Assembly (NCBI GenBank): GCA_032119595.1
Contig: JAUMBQ010000005.1
Location: 30,328 to 94,327 of the forward strand
Source: Solirubrobacteraceae bacterium
GTDB taxonomy: Bacteria; Actinomycetota; Thermoleophilia; Solirubrobacterales; Solirubrobacteraceae
Length of the DNA: 64,000 nt
Direction of reading: 5' to 3'
Position numbers and translations under genes: made by a program
Notes under the pieces: generated by a model
Database searches by the model: none
Seen by the model: the letters and a program-made list of their open reading frames with translations, nothing else
Told to the model about the DNA's origin: nothing
Part shown: piece by piece, positions 37,901-45,911 of the stretch
Position numbering within the stretch: the stretch's first letter is position 1
Layout of the letters: the number at the start of each line of letters is the position of its first letter

Positions 37901-39574
37901 TTAGCTGGCTGGGGTGACGGTGACCGTGCCGTTGGAGAAGAGGCCGTCGGAGCCGAGGGTGATGGCGCCTTGGACGGGGATGGTGCCACCGGTGGCTGGC
38001 AGCGTGAACGGCGTGCGCGGGAACCCGATGGGCCGCGGGCCGGTAAGGGGGTTGTCGGTGATCACCGGTCCGCAGTTGCAGCCAGGCGTGGGCGGGTCGA
38101 CGCAGTGGAAGGTGTAGTCCACGACGGTGTCGTTGGTGAAATCAACAGCCACCGAGATCGTCTCCGGCCCGGTCTTGGTCACGGTGACCGACCACGTGCC
38201 GCTCGACACCGGGTTGATGATGGTGCAGATATCGATCTTCGACGCCGACGCCAGCGGCGACCATGTCACGGGCCCAGAGGCCGTCGACTTCGCGGGTGCG
38301 CTGTCCTTGACGGGAGCGGTCACCAACGTGCCAGACAACGATGCCGAGGCGTCGTGCGTGGCAAAGACGCCACGCTCGGTGTCCGCCAGCGTGACCGTGT
38401 ACTTCGCCTGGCACGCGCCGTTCTTCAGGTTCTTCTGCAGGCGATCGGCGACGACCTTGCGGATGTACTCGACGGCGGCGTACGTGAGGTACGTGGTCGC
38501 GATGTCGGTGTAGATCATGCCCTTGATGTTGCTGATCGACTTGTAGTCCCAAGGCGTTTCCCCCTTGGCGAAGTTCACGCCGGACTGCGGGCCAAAGATG
38601 CCACCCGCGTTCGGGTTGATGTGGCTCGACTGCTCCTTGATGGCCGCGGTGAAGTCGCCGCTGCCCTCGCCGAAGATGCCCTTGCTCGTGAAGCCGCTGC
38701 CGACGCGTCGGCCGCGCCAGGTGCTCGTCTTCTCGCCGGTGCCGCCGAACTGGAACTCGGTCTGCACGTCGACGTTGTCAATGGTCTTCCAAGCGCCGTC
38801 GTCGCCGATGGCCAGTTCGTAGCTCGAGTCGACCTTCGCGGAGATCGTCTGCGAGGCGCCGTCCGTGGTGATCGTGATCTTGGCCGAGGCGGAAAGCTTC
38901 CCGTCGACCTTGCCGTCTTTCGGGCAGGCGGTCGGAGCGTCGTTGAAACTCACTTCCAGCTTCACCTTGGCCGACTTCGCGTCGGTGACTTTGTCGGCTC
39001 CGAGTTCCTTCAGGCCCTTGCCGTCGGCGGAGAACTCGACGGTCGCGGAGGCCTGGTACCCCAGCTTGCCATCGGTGTTGACATCGGAGGCGTCGAGCTT
39101 GGCCGACCCCTGCGTGCCCTTCGCCGGGTCACCAAACGTCTGATTGAGATGAATGCCCTTGTCGTCGGCGAGGCGACGGGCCTGCATGCCGCTGCGCCAC
39201 TGGTTGAGGGTGCGATCGACGAGAGCCTTCGTCGCCTTCTTGCCGACCTTCTGCTCGATCTTGTCGAGCGCTTCCGGGTCGACCGTGAGTGCCTGATTGA
39301 TCTGGTCGGCGGCACTCGCCACCGACCCCTGCGAGGTCGTCGCCGGCGGCTCAAGCCGCGAGGCTTTGAGCTTCGGCGGCTTGGCGCATTTCGGCTTGCC
39401 CGTCTTGGTCTTGGCGACCTTGGCCTTCGTGCCCGAACCGATCAGCACCGGGACTGTCCCGGCTTTGCACTTCAGCTTCTTGGCAGCCTGCGCTGGGGTG
39501 GTGCCACCGGCAAACAGCGCCGCAGAGAGCAGGAAGATCCAAAAGGGGTGCCGGACCACCGAGCGAGAGCGCAT
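37901..39574 (-). CDS. secreted Lys-rich protein of unknown function
   Basis: The start is at MRSRSVVRHPFWIFLLSAALFAGGTTPAQA|AKK (ATG 39574). The mature N-terminus is KKLKCKAG...GKPKCAKPPKLK. No motif was recognised. Confidence 0.75.
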   Translation of the reverse strand: MRSRSVVRHPFWIFLLSAALFAGGTTPAQAAKKLKCKAGTVPVLIGSGTKAKVAKTKTGKPKCAKPPKLKASRLEPPATTSQGSVASAADQINQALTVDPEALDKIEQKVGKKATKALVDRTLNQWRSGMQARRLADDKGIHLNQTFGDPAKGTQGSAKLDASDVNTDGKLGYQASATVEFSADGKGLKELGADKVTDAKSAKVKLEVSFNDAPTACPKDGKVDGKLSASAKITITTDGASQTISAKVDSSYELAIGDDGAWKTIDNVDVQTEFQFGGTGEKTSTWRGRRVGSGFTSKGIFGEGSGDFTAAIKEQSSHINPNAGGIFGPQSGVNFAKGETPWDYKSISNIKGMIYTDIATTYLTYAAVEYIRKVVADRLQKNLKNGACQAKYTVTLADTERGVFATHDASASLSGTLVTAPVKDSAPAKSTASGPVTWSPLASASKIDICTIINPVSSGTWSVTVTKTGPETISVAVDFTNDTVVDYTFHCVDPPTPGCNCGPVITDNPLTGPRPIGFPRTPFTLPATGGTIPVQGAITLGSDGLFSNGTVTVTPAS

Positions 39575-39609
39575 GACGGCGATCTTGACGCGTTGGCAGC
39601 CGCGCCACA

Positions 39610-40434
39610 ATGCGGAGAAACCCGCGGATCGTGGTGCCGAGGCGCCAGCGCCGTCGTCCGGCAGCTCGACAACCGCGCCCTGAACCGGCGCTCCGGCTGG
39701 GCCGGCGCGGCTACCGTGGTCGGGTGCTCCGGCGTCTCCTGGTGCTGTCGGTCGTCGGGCTGCTCCTCGCGACTGGCGGCCGAATCATTCTGCTCATCGC
39801 GGCCAGCGGCACGCCGGACGCGGCTGACGCAGGCGAGGTCGCTGCCGTCCCTGCCGGGCAGCACCGAGCCGCGATCATCTTTGGCGCGGGGCTTCGCGAC
39901 GGCAAGCCTGGGCCGCTTCTCGTGGACCGGATCAAGGCCGGCGAGAAGCTGCTGGCCGAGCGGCGGGTGGATCTGCTCCTGCTCACCGGCGACAACTCCC
40001 GCGAGGAGTACGACGAGCCTGGGGCCATGTACGCGCGGGTCCTCTCCGACGGCGTGCCGGCCACGCAAGTTGCCGTCGACTACGGCGGACGACGCACGTG
40101 GGATTCGTGCGTGCGCGCCCGCCGAGTGTTCGGAGTCCGGCGCGCGATCATCGTCACCAACGACTTCCACCGCGCGCGAACCGTCGTGTCATGTGAGGCC
40201 GCCGGGATCGAAGTCGACGGCGCCGTCGGGACCTCCACAGGGCCGTACCGTCGCGTCGACCAGACGAAGTGGAAGGTCCGCGAGCTCGTCGCCTCGTGGC
40301 GAGGCGGCGTCGATGCGTGGGTCCGCCATCCGAAGGTGCCGGTCGGTGGCCAGCCGATCGACCCGTATGACGCCTGCGCGGTCTGGCGTTCCCTGAGTCC
40401 CGAGGACCGCGGCAGCAAGCCGGGCGACTGCTGA
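39610..40434 (+). CDS. SanA/YdcF (DUF218) family protein
   Basis: An N-terminal TM segment, then AIIFGAGLRDGKPGPLLVDRIKAGEKLL...LLLLTGDNSREEYDEPGAM...IIVTNDFHRARTV. Confidence 0.85.
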   Translation: MRRNPRIVVPRRQRRRPAARQPRPEPALRLGRRGYRGRVLRRLLVLSVVGLLLATGGRIILLIAASGTPDAADAGEVAAVPAGQHRAAIIFGAGLRDGKPGPLLVDRIKAGEKLLAERRVDLLLLTGDNSREEYDEPGAMYARVLSDGVPATQVAVDYGGRRTWDSCVRARRVFGVRRAIIVTNDFHRARTVVSCEAAGIEVDGAVGTSTGPYRRVDQTKWKVRELVASWRGGVDAWVRHPKVPVGGQPIDPYDACAVWRSLSPEDRGSKPGDC

Positions 40435-40452
40435 GCGACGTACGCTCTCCTC

Positions 40453-40788
40453 GTGTTCTCAAACCCGACGACTCCGACGTGGCCCGTGGCAGCCGGCGCC
40501 CTGCTGGCCGGCTTCGCCGTCGCCGACCTCACGGGAGTTCGCGCCCTCGGCGGCATCGTGCTCTTCCTGGGCGCACTCTGGTGCGGCCTGCACTGGAAGA
40601 CCCACCGCGGCCTACCAATCGCGCTCTCGCTGGTGTTCCTGCTCCTCGCGCTGTTCGCGCTCTCGCACGTGCTGGGAGACCAGATCGGGGCGTGGCCCTC
40701 GGTGTTCGTCGTCAGCGCAGTGATGGGCGCCGCTGCCTGGGCCGTCGCGGATCGCCGCGACGTGCCGCACGTCAACGACGTGGTGTAG
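40453..40788 (+). CDS. small integral membrane protein
   Basis: 111 aa with four hydrophobic helices. Confidence 0.55.
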   Translation: MFSNPTTPTWPVAAGALLAGFAVADLTGVRALGGIVLFLGALWCGLHWKTHRGLPIALSLVFLLLALFALSHVLGDQIGAWPSVFVVSAVMGAAAWAVADRRDVPHVNDVV

Positions 40789-40795
40789 ATCGGCG

Positions 40796-42928
40796 CTACC
40801 GCGCGAGTTTCGCCCGCAGGGCTCGTTCGAGCCGCACGGCCTCCTCGACGTGCAGGGCGCGGAGCGTCAACACGTACACCGCGCTCCCGAGCCCGAGCGA
40901 CAACGCGAGGCTGATGATCAGCCCGAACGTGCCGCCCCCGACGACGCCGCGCACCGCGGCGTCGACGGCCAGGACGACCACGGTGAGCACGGCGGCAGCC
41001 GCGAGCACTCGGCTAGCGGTCTTGAGCGTGCGCCCGAGCCCCAGCGACCCGCCGAGACGCCCGTGGAGCACAAAGATCTGCGCGCCGACCACGGCGATGT
41101 TGGCGACGACGGTGCCCGCAACGATGCCGGCGATCCCGAGCGGCTTGTAGAGCGCGACCGACACGATCACGTTGACGACGAGGCTGAGCACCGCGATACG
41201 CGTCGTCGTCCACGGATCCTTGAGCGCGAAGAAAGTTCGGGTCAGCAGCAGGTTGATGCCGTTGAGTGGAAGCGTGATCGAGAAGACCCAGAGCGCCTCG
41301 GCGGTCATCGTCGTGGACTCGGGCGTGAACTTGCCACCCTCGTAGACGAGCCGGATGATCGGAGCGGCCAGCGCGATCGAGACCGCCGCGGCCGGGATCA
41401 GCAGGACGAGAATCTGCCGCATCCCATCGCCGATGATGTCGCGGAGATCGTCGTGATCGTGGCGGGCCGCGGCGCGGCTGAGGGCCGGGAAGAGCACGGT
41501 CGCGATCGCGACGCTGAAGATGCCCTGCGGCAGCATGTACAGCCGGAACGCGGCGTCGATCGCGCGGATCGCGCCGTCGCTGATCTTGGCCCCGAGGGTG
41601 GAGTTGATGAGCAGGTTGAAGTTCACGAGGCCGAGCCCGAGCGCGACCGGGATCATCAGCGTGAGCACCTTGCGGACCTGCGGGTCGCGGGCACCCTCGA
41701 GGCGTGGCCGACCCCAGCGGAACCCGGCCTTGCGGACCATCGGAAGCGCAAGCATGAGCTGCGCGATCGTGCCCACGAGCACGCCGACGGCATAGCCGTA
41801 GAGTTCATCCGGGCCGTCGAGCGTCACGTGCGTGACGACCATGAACACCATGATCAGCACGTTCCAGAGCACCGGCGAGACCGCCGGCACTGTGAAGTGA
41901 TCCTCGGCGTTCAGGATGCCGACAAGAAGGCCGTTGATCCCGAGCAGCGCGACGACCGGGAACATGATCTGGGTCAGCACGACCGCGAGATCCACATCGG
42001 CCTGGCTGAGCTTCGAGTCGCCCGCAAACAGGGGCACGATCACCGGGCTGAGCAGGATCGAGACGGCGGTGATCGCCGACAGGCCAAGCAGCGCGACCCA
42101 GGCAAGCTCCGCTGCCAGCTTCATCGCGTCCTTGCGGCGTCCTTGCTGAAGCAGGTCGCTAAAGACCGGGACGAACGCGGCCGAGAGCGCGGCGTCCGCG
42201 AAAAGGGAACGCAGCAGGTTCGGGATCTGGAAGGCCAGCGTGAAGGCGGAGATCGGGCCTTCGGTGCCGTAAAACCGGGTCGAGAGCACCTCGCGGATCA
42301 GGCCCGCTACCCGCGAGAAGGCGGTGAGCAGCGAGAAGATCGCGGTGTTGCGCGCGCGTCCGGCGGGGGTTGGCTGCGCGTTGGTCTGCCCGGCAGGGGC
42401 CTCCGCCATCGGCTTCGTGGTGATGACGGTCGACTGGTCGTCGAAGTCGGGGCGTTGGGTCTCGGCTCGCGCGGCCGGTTGGTCACCGGGCCGGCCGGGC
42501 TGGTTCGCCTGCTGTGCGGCGAGGACTGAGGCGTCACGAGGGCCGAGGGGGCGATCGGCGCCACGCGAGCCGCCCGGGCGACCGGGGAGGTCGAAGTCGG
42601 GGGCGTCGTAGTCGCTGGCGCCGAGGTCTGATCCGGCACGACGGCGTCCGCCCGGCGTCGATGGGACCGATGGATCCATGCCCCCGCGGGGGGCGTCGGC
42701 GGTCGGAATGTCGCCCGGGCGCGGGGTCGCGGTGCCGCGGCTGCCTCGGCCTCCCCCACGTCGGCGCTCGCGGCGATCCCGTTCGGTGACCTCGCGGGCA
42801 GCCGCCCTCGCGGCTTCCTTGGGATCGCGTCCCTCGGCTGCGGCCTGGGCGGCCGCAGCCTCGCGCGCTGCCATCCGCGCCGCAGCTCGGGCGGCAGCGG
42901 CCGACCGCTCTGGTGAGTCCCCTGCCAT
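40796..42928 (-). CDS. murJ: lipid II flippase MurJ with a long disordered N-terminal extension
   Basis: The MurJ core begins at RNTAIFSLLTAFSRVAGLIREVL. It is preceded by ~190 Ala/Arg/Pro/Gly-rich residues if ATG 42928 is used; an alternative start is ATG 42409. The annotated 43177 start would overlap rpsT. Confidence 0.85.
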   Translation of the reverse strand: MAGDSPERSAAAARAAARMAAREAAAAQAAAEGRDPKEAARAAAREVTERDRRERRRGGGRGSRGTATPRPGDIPTADAPRGGMDPSVPSTPGGRRRAGSDLGASDYDAPDFDLPGRPGGSRGADRPLGPRDASVLAAQQANQPGRPGDQPAARAETQRPDFDDQSTVITTKPMAEAPAGQTNAQPTPAGRARNTAIFSLLTAFSRVAGLIREVLSTRFYGTEGPISAFTLAFQIPNLLRSLFADAALSAAFVPVFSDLLQQGRRKDAMKLAAELAWVALLGLSAITAVSILLSPVIVPLFAGDSKLSQADVDLAVVLTQIMFPVVALLGINGLLVGILNAEDHFTVPAVSPVLWNVLIMVFMVVTHVTLDGPDELYGYAVGVLVGTIAQLMLALPMVRKAGFRWGRPRLEGARDPQVRKVLTLMIPVALGLGLVNFNLLINSTLGAKISDGAIRAIDAAFRLYMLPQGIFSVAIATVLFPALSRAAARHDHDDLRDIIGDGMRQILVLLIPAAAVSIALAAPIIRLVYEGGKFTPESTTMTAEALWVFSITLPLNGINLLLTRTFFALKDPWTTTRIAVLSLVVNVIVSVALYKPLGIAGIVAGTVVANIAVVGAQIFVLHGRLGGSLGLGRTLKTASRVLAAAAVLTVVVLAVDAAVRGVVGGGTFGLIISLALSLGLGSAVYVLTLRALHVEEAVRLERALRAKLAR

Positions 42929-43112
42929 GAGCCGACGATCGTATCCGGCCAGTGGCAGCGAAACCCGCTCCTGCTCTTGCGCTCGGCGCCGCGGCCGAGC
43001 CTTTCGGCTGTTCCTGAGACGCCGCGGCGGGAACCCTGGACGCCGCTGAGCAATTCGCCGACGAAGGGCACCGCATCGCGGAGACGTTGTCGGTATCGTC
43101 TGCCGTCGCTCT

Positions 43113-43379
43113 ATGGCAAACATTGCATCCCAGAAGAAGCGCATTCTGCGCAGCGAACGCGAGCGGCTTGAGAACAAGCGCTACACGTCGTCGATCAAGA
43201 CGTACTTCCGTCGTCTCGAGGCGTCCGTCGCCTCGAACGATGACGCGAAGGCGACCGATGATCTCCGTCTTCTTCAGAAGACGATCGACAAGGCCGTCAA
43301 GCGCGGCGCGCTGCACAAGAACACCGGCGCTCGCAAGAAGTCCCGCGCCGTGCGGCTCCGCCGCGGCGCCAGCGCGTAA
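43113..43379 (+). CDS. rpsT: 30S ribosomal protein S20
   Basis: MANIASQKKRILRSERERLENKRYTSSIKT... Confidence 0.97.
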   Translation: MANIASQKKRILRSERERLENKRYTSSIKTYFRRLEASVASNDDAKATDDLRLLQKTIDKAVKRGALHKNTGARKKSRAVRLRRGASA

Positions 43380-43416
43380 CCCGCGCTAGCTTCACCGCTC
43401 TTCCACGACACGTTTT

Positions 43417-43446
43417 GCGCCCGGCTCGTCCGGGCGCTTTGTCGTT
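43417..43446 (+). terminator. intrinsic terminator of rpsT
   Basis: GCGCCCGG-CTCGT-CCGGGCGC followed by TTTGTCGTT. Confidence 0.75.
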
Positions 43447-43461
43447 CTCAGGCCGACTAAA

Positions 43462-43584
43462 CGCTGAGCGGCCAAAATGTGTTGCCCCGACAACAACAAA
43501 TGGCCGCTCACCCCCGCCCGCGCGCCCAGCCAGCGCTGAGCGGCAAAAATGTGTTGCCCCGACAACAACAAATGGCCGCTCACC
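43462..43584. repeat. two 51-bp hairpin repeats with a 72-bp period
   Basis: CGCTGAGCGGCCAAAATGTGTTGCCCCGACAACAACAAATGGCCGCTCACC at 43462-43512 and again at 43534-43584, differing at one position. The outer stem is GAGCGGCCA/TGGCCGCTC and the inner stem is TGTTG/CAACA. Confidence 0.85.
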
Positions 43585-43637
43585 GCCGCTCACGCCACCG
43601 CCCGCGCTTATGGCGCGACCGGGCCCGCGAATGCCGC

Positions 43638-44636
43638 TTAGCGCGAGGCGGTGACCGGCGGCCGGAAGAGCTGCTGGATCACGAGAACGTCGGGGTCGCC
43701 GGCGGCGCCGCCACGGCTGGCGATCTCGATCGCGCTCAGCCGGACGACCAGCGTGTCGAGCCAGGCGCGGTCGGCGCGAGCGGCCTCCTGAACGCGCTTC
43801 CCGCGTGCCCACGGCGGCCCCTTGACCGACGCCTCGACCTGCTGCCGTGACTCGCCAGCGGCCAGCCGAACGGCGAGATCGCGGAGCTCGCGCGCCCGGG
43901 ACTGCACCATCATGAGCAGCCGGACCGACGTCTCGCCGCGGCTGCCAAGTTCGAGCATGAGGCGCAGCGCTTGCTGCTCGTTGCCTGCAACCAGCGCGTC
44001 GACCAGCGGCCAGGCGACAAGATCGGCGTCGTCGCCGACGAACGGCGCCACGTCCGAAGCGCCGAGGCGGACGCCCGGCTCGGTGCCGAGCGCCAGAACT
44101 TCCAAGACCCGCGTGAGCCGTGACGGGCGACGCCCAATCCGATTGCCGATCATCTCGGCTGCTTCGCGGTCGAGTTCGATCTTCCGCTCGGACGCTTCCC
44201 GGACAACCCAGCCGGCCAGGTTCTTCTCCTCGGGCAGCTTGACGAGGTCGATCACGCCGCCGCATTTGCCGACCGCCTCGATGAGCGACGCGGGCGCGGT
44301 CTTGCTCTTTTCCTCGCGGGCGAAGAACGCGATCGTGGTGGTGGCGTCGAGCTGGCCGAGCGCAGGAACGAGGCGCTGCGCGACCTCTTTGTCCTTCCAC
44401 TTCTGCACGTCGTCAACGATGATCACGCGGTGTTCGGCCCCCAGCGTGAGAGCGCCGAGCGCGTTCGCGGCAGCGTCGGGCGTGGCCTCGGCACCTTCGA
44501 GGAACTCCAGGTCGGCACCGAGGCGCTGGGCCAGGTTGCGGAGATTCGCGCGACGTTCGGCGAGCTTGCCGTGATCGTCGCCGTGGAGGAGATAGGCGGG
44601 CTTGAGGTTCGCCACGAGCACCCCACGGTAGAGCAC
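43638..44636 (-). CDS. holA: DNA polymerase III subunit delta
   Basis: LKPAYLLHGDDHGKLAERR..., with the conserved position next to rpsT and comEC. Confidence 0.9.
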   Translation of the reverse strand: MLYRGVLVANLKPAYLLHGDDHGKLAERRANLRNLAQRLGADLEFLEGAEATPDAAANALGALTLGAEHRVIIVDDVQKWKDKEVAQRLVPALGQLDATTTIAFFAREEKSKTAPASLIEAVGKCGGVIDLVKLPEEKNLAGWVVREASERKIELDREAAEMIGNRIGRRPSRLTRVLEVLALGTEPGVRLGASDVAPFVGDDADLVAWPLVDALVAGNEQQALRLMLELGSRGETSVRLLMMVQSRARELRDLAVRLAAGESRQQVEASVKGPPWARGKRVQEAARADRAWLDTLVVRLSAIEIASRGGAAGDPDVLVIQQLFRPPVTASR

Positions 44637-44706
44637 CCGTCTGGCCAGCGCCGCGTGCGCCAGCGGAAATTGCGCGCAGAGCGGCGAACGGGTTTACGCT
44701 GGCGCG

Positions 44707-45375
44707 ATGCAGACGATTGCCGAGGGCGTGATCCGGATCCAATTGGCTCCGCGCGCCGGGCTGAACGCGTACCTCCTCGGCAAGACGATCCTCGTCGATA
44801 CGGGCCTCCCGTTCCAACGTGGTCGGCTCGAACGCGCGCTGATCGATCACCAACTTGAGCGGATCGTCCTGACGCACGCGCACATCGACCACGCCGGTAC
44901 GGTGGCGGCGCTGTCGGCTGAGCACGGGTGCGAAGTCCTGTGCGGTGCCGCCGACCTCGCCGACCTCGCTGCGGGCATCTCGCCACCCCTCGCGCTGGGC
45001 CGCCCGATGATCCCGATCCAGCGGGCGATCGTGCGGTACCGCGGACTGCGGTCCAGTGCCCTTCGCGACGGAGACGACGTCGGCGAAGGCTTCATCGCGG
45101 TCGGCACACGAGGCCATACGCCCGGGCACCATGCCTTGTGGCGTGAACGGGACGGGGTCCTCATCGCGGGCGACGCGCTCTTCGGCGTTTCGAAGTTCCT
45201 GCGCACCGGCGTCTTCCCGCCTTTCGGCATCGATCAGCCTGATCGGGACGGCTGCACACGCGCGATCATCCGCATGGCAGAGCTTCGCCCGAAGCTGATC
45301 GCCTTCGGCCATGGCCCGCCACTCGTCGACGACGCCGCCCACCAGCTCTCAGCCCTGGCGAAGACCCTGCGGTAA
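44707..45375 (+). CDS. MBL-fold metallo-hydrolase
   Basis: THAHIDHAG motif. Confidence 0.85.
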   Translation: MQTIAEGVIRIQLAPRAGLNAYLLGKTILVDTGLPFQRGRLERALIDHQLERIVLTHAHIDHAGTVAALSAEHGCEVLCGAADLADLAAGISPPLALGRPMIPIQRAIVRYRGLRSSALRDGDDVGEGFIAVGTRGHTPGHHALWRERDGVLIAGDALFGVSKFLRTGVFPPFGIDQPDRDGCTRAIIRMAELRPKLIAFGHGPPLVDDAAHQLSALAKTLR

Positions 45376-45445
45376 TCGCTGCGGGCACCCTCCCGGTTCG
45401 GAGAAGAAACCTTGGCTCCGGGGTCCGCGATGAGAAGATGGGCCG

Positions 45446-45856
45446 ATGCGCATCGCTTTGAACGTCATCTGGCTGATCTTCGGGGGTATTTGGCTCGCGA
45501 TCGGTTATGCCTTTGCGGCGCTCATCTGCTTCTGCTTGATCGTGACCATCCCGTTCGGGATCGCGTCGCTGCGCATCGCGATGTTCACACTCTGGCCGTT
45601 CGGTCGCCGCATCGAACGCCGGGCCGACGCCGGTGCCGCGTCGACGATCGGCAACGTCCTGTGGTTCGTGCTCTTCGGCTGGTGGCTGGCCCTCGGCCAT
45701 CTCATCAGCGGCATCGCCATGTGCATCACGATCATCGGGATTCCGCTCGGTCTCGCCAACTTCAAGATGATCCCGATCTCGTTCACCCCGCTCGGCCGCG
45801 AGATCGTCGACGCCGACGCGGGCGCCGCCCCAGGCCAGTTCGTCGCGACGCGCTAG
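45446..45856 (+). CDS. yccF: YccF domain-containing inner membrane protein
   Basis: Two YccF repeats: NVIWLIFGGIWLAIGY...IVTIPFGIASLRIA and NVLWFVLFGWWLALGH...ITIIGIPLGLANFKM. Confidence 0.85.
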   Translation: MRIALNVIWLIFGGIWLAIGYAFAALICFCLIVTIPFGIASLRIAMFTLWPFGRRIERRADAGAASTIGNVLWFVLFGWWLALGHLISGIAMCITIIGIPLGLANFKMIPISFTPLGREIVDADAGAAPGQFVATR

Positions 45857-45870
45857 CCGTCGCGACGGCT
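45855..45870. terminator. short palindrome AGCCGT-CGCG-ACGGCT between convergent yccF and comEC
   Basis: 16-bp perfect palindrome overlapping the yccF stop codon. Weak evidence. Confidence 0.3.
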
Positions 45871-45911
45871 CAGGCACGCGTCCGGTTCGTCGTGCCATTC
45901 GCGCGGCCGGT

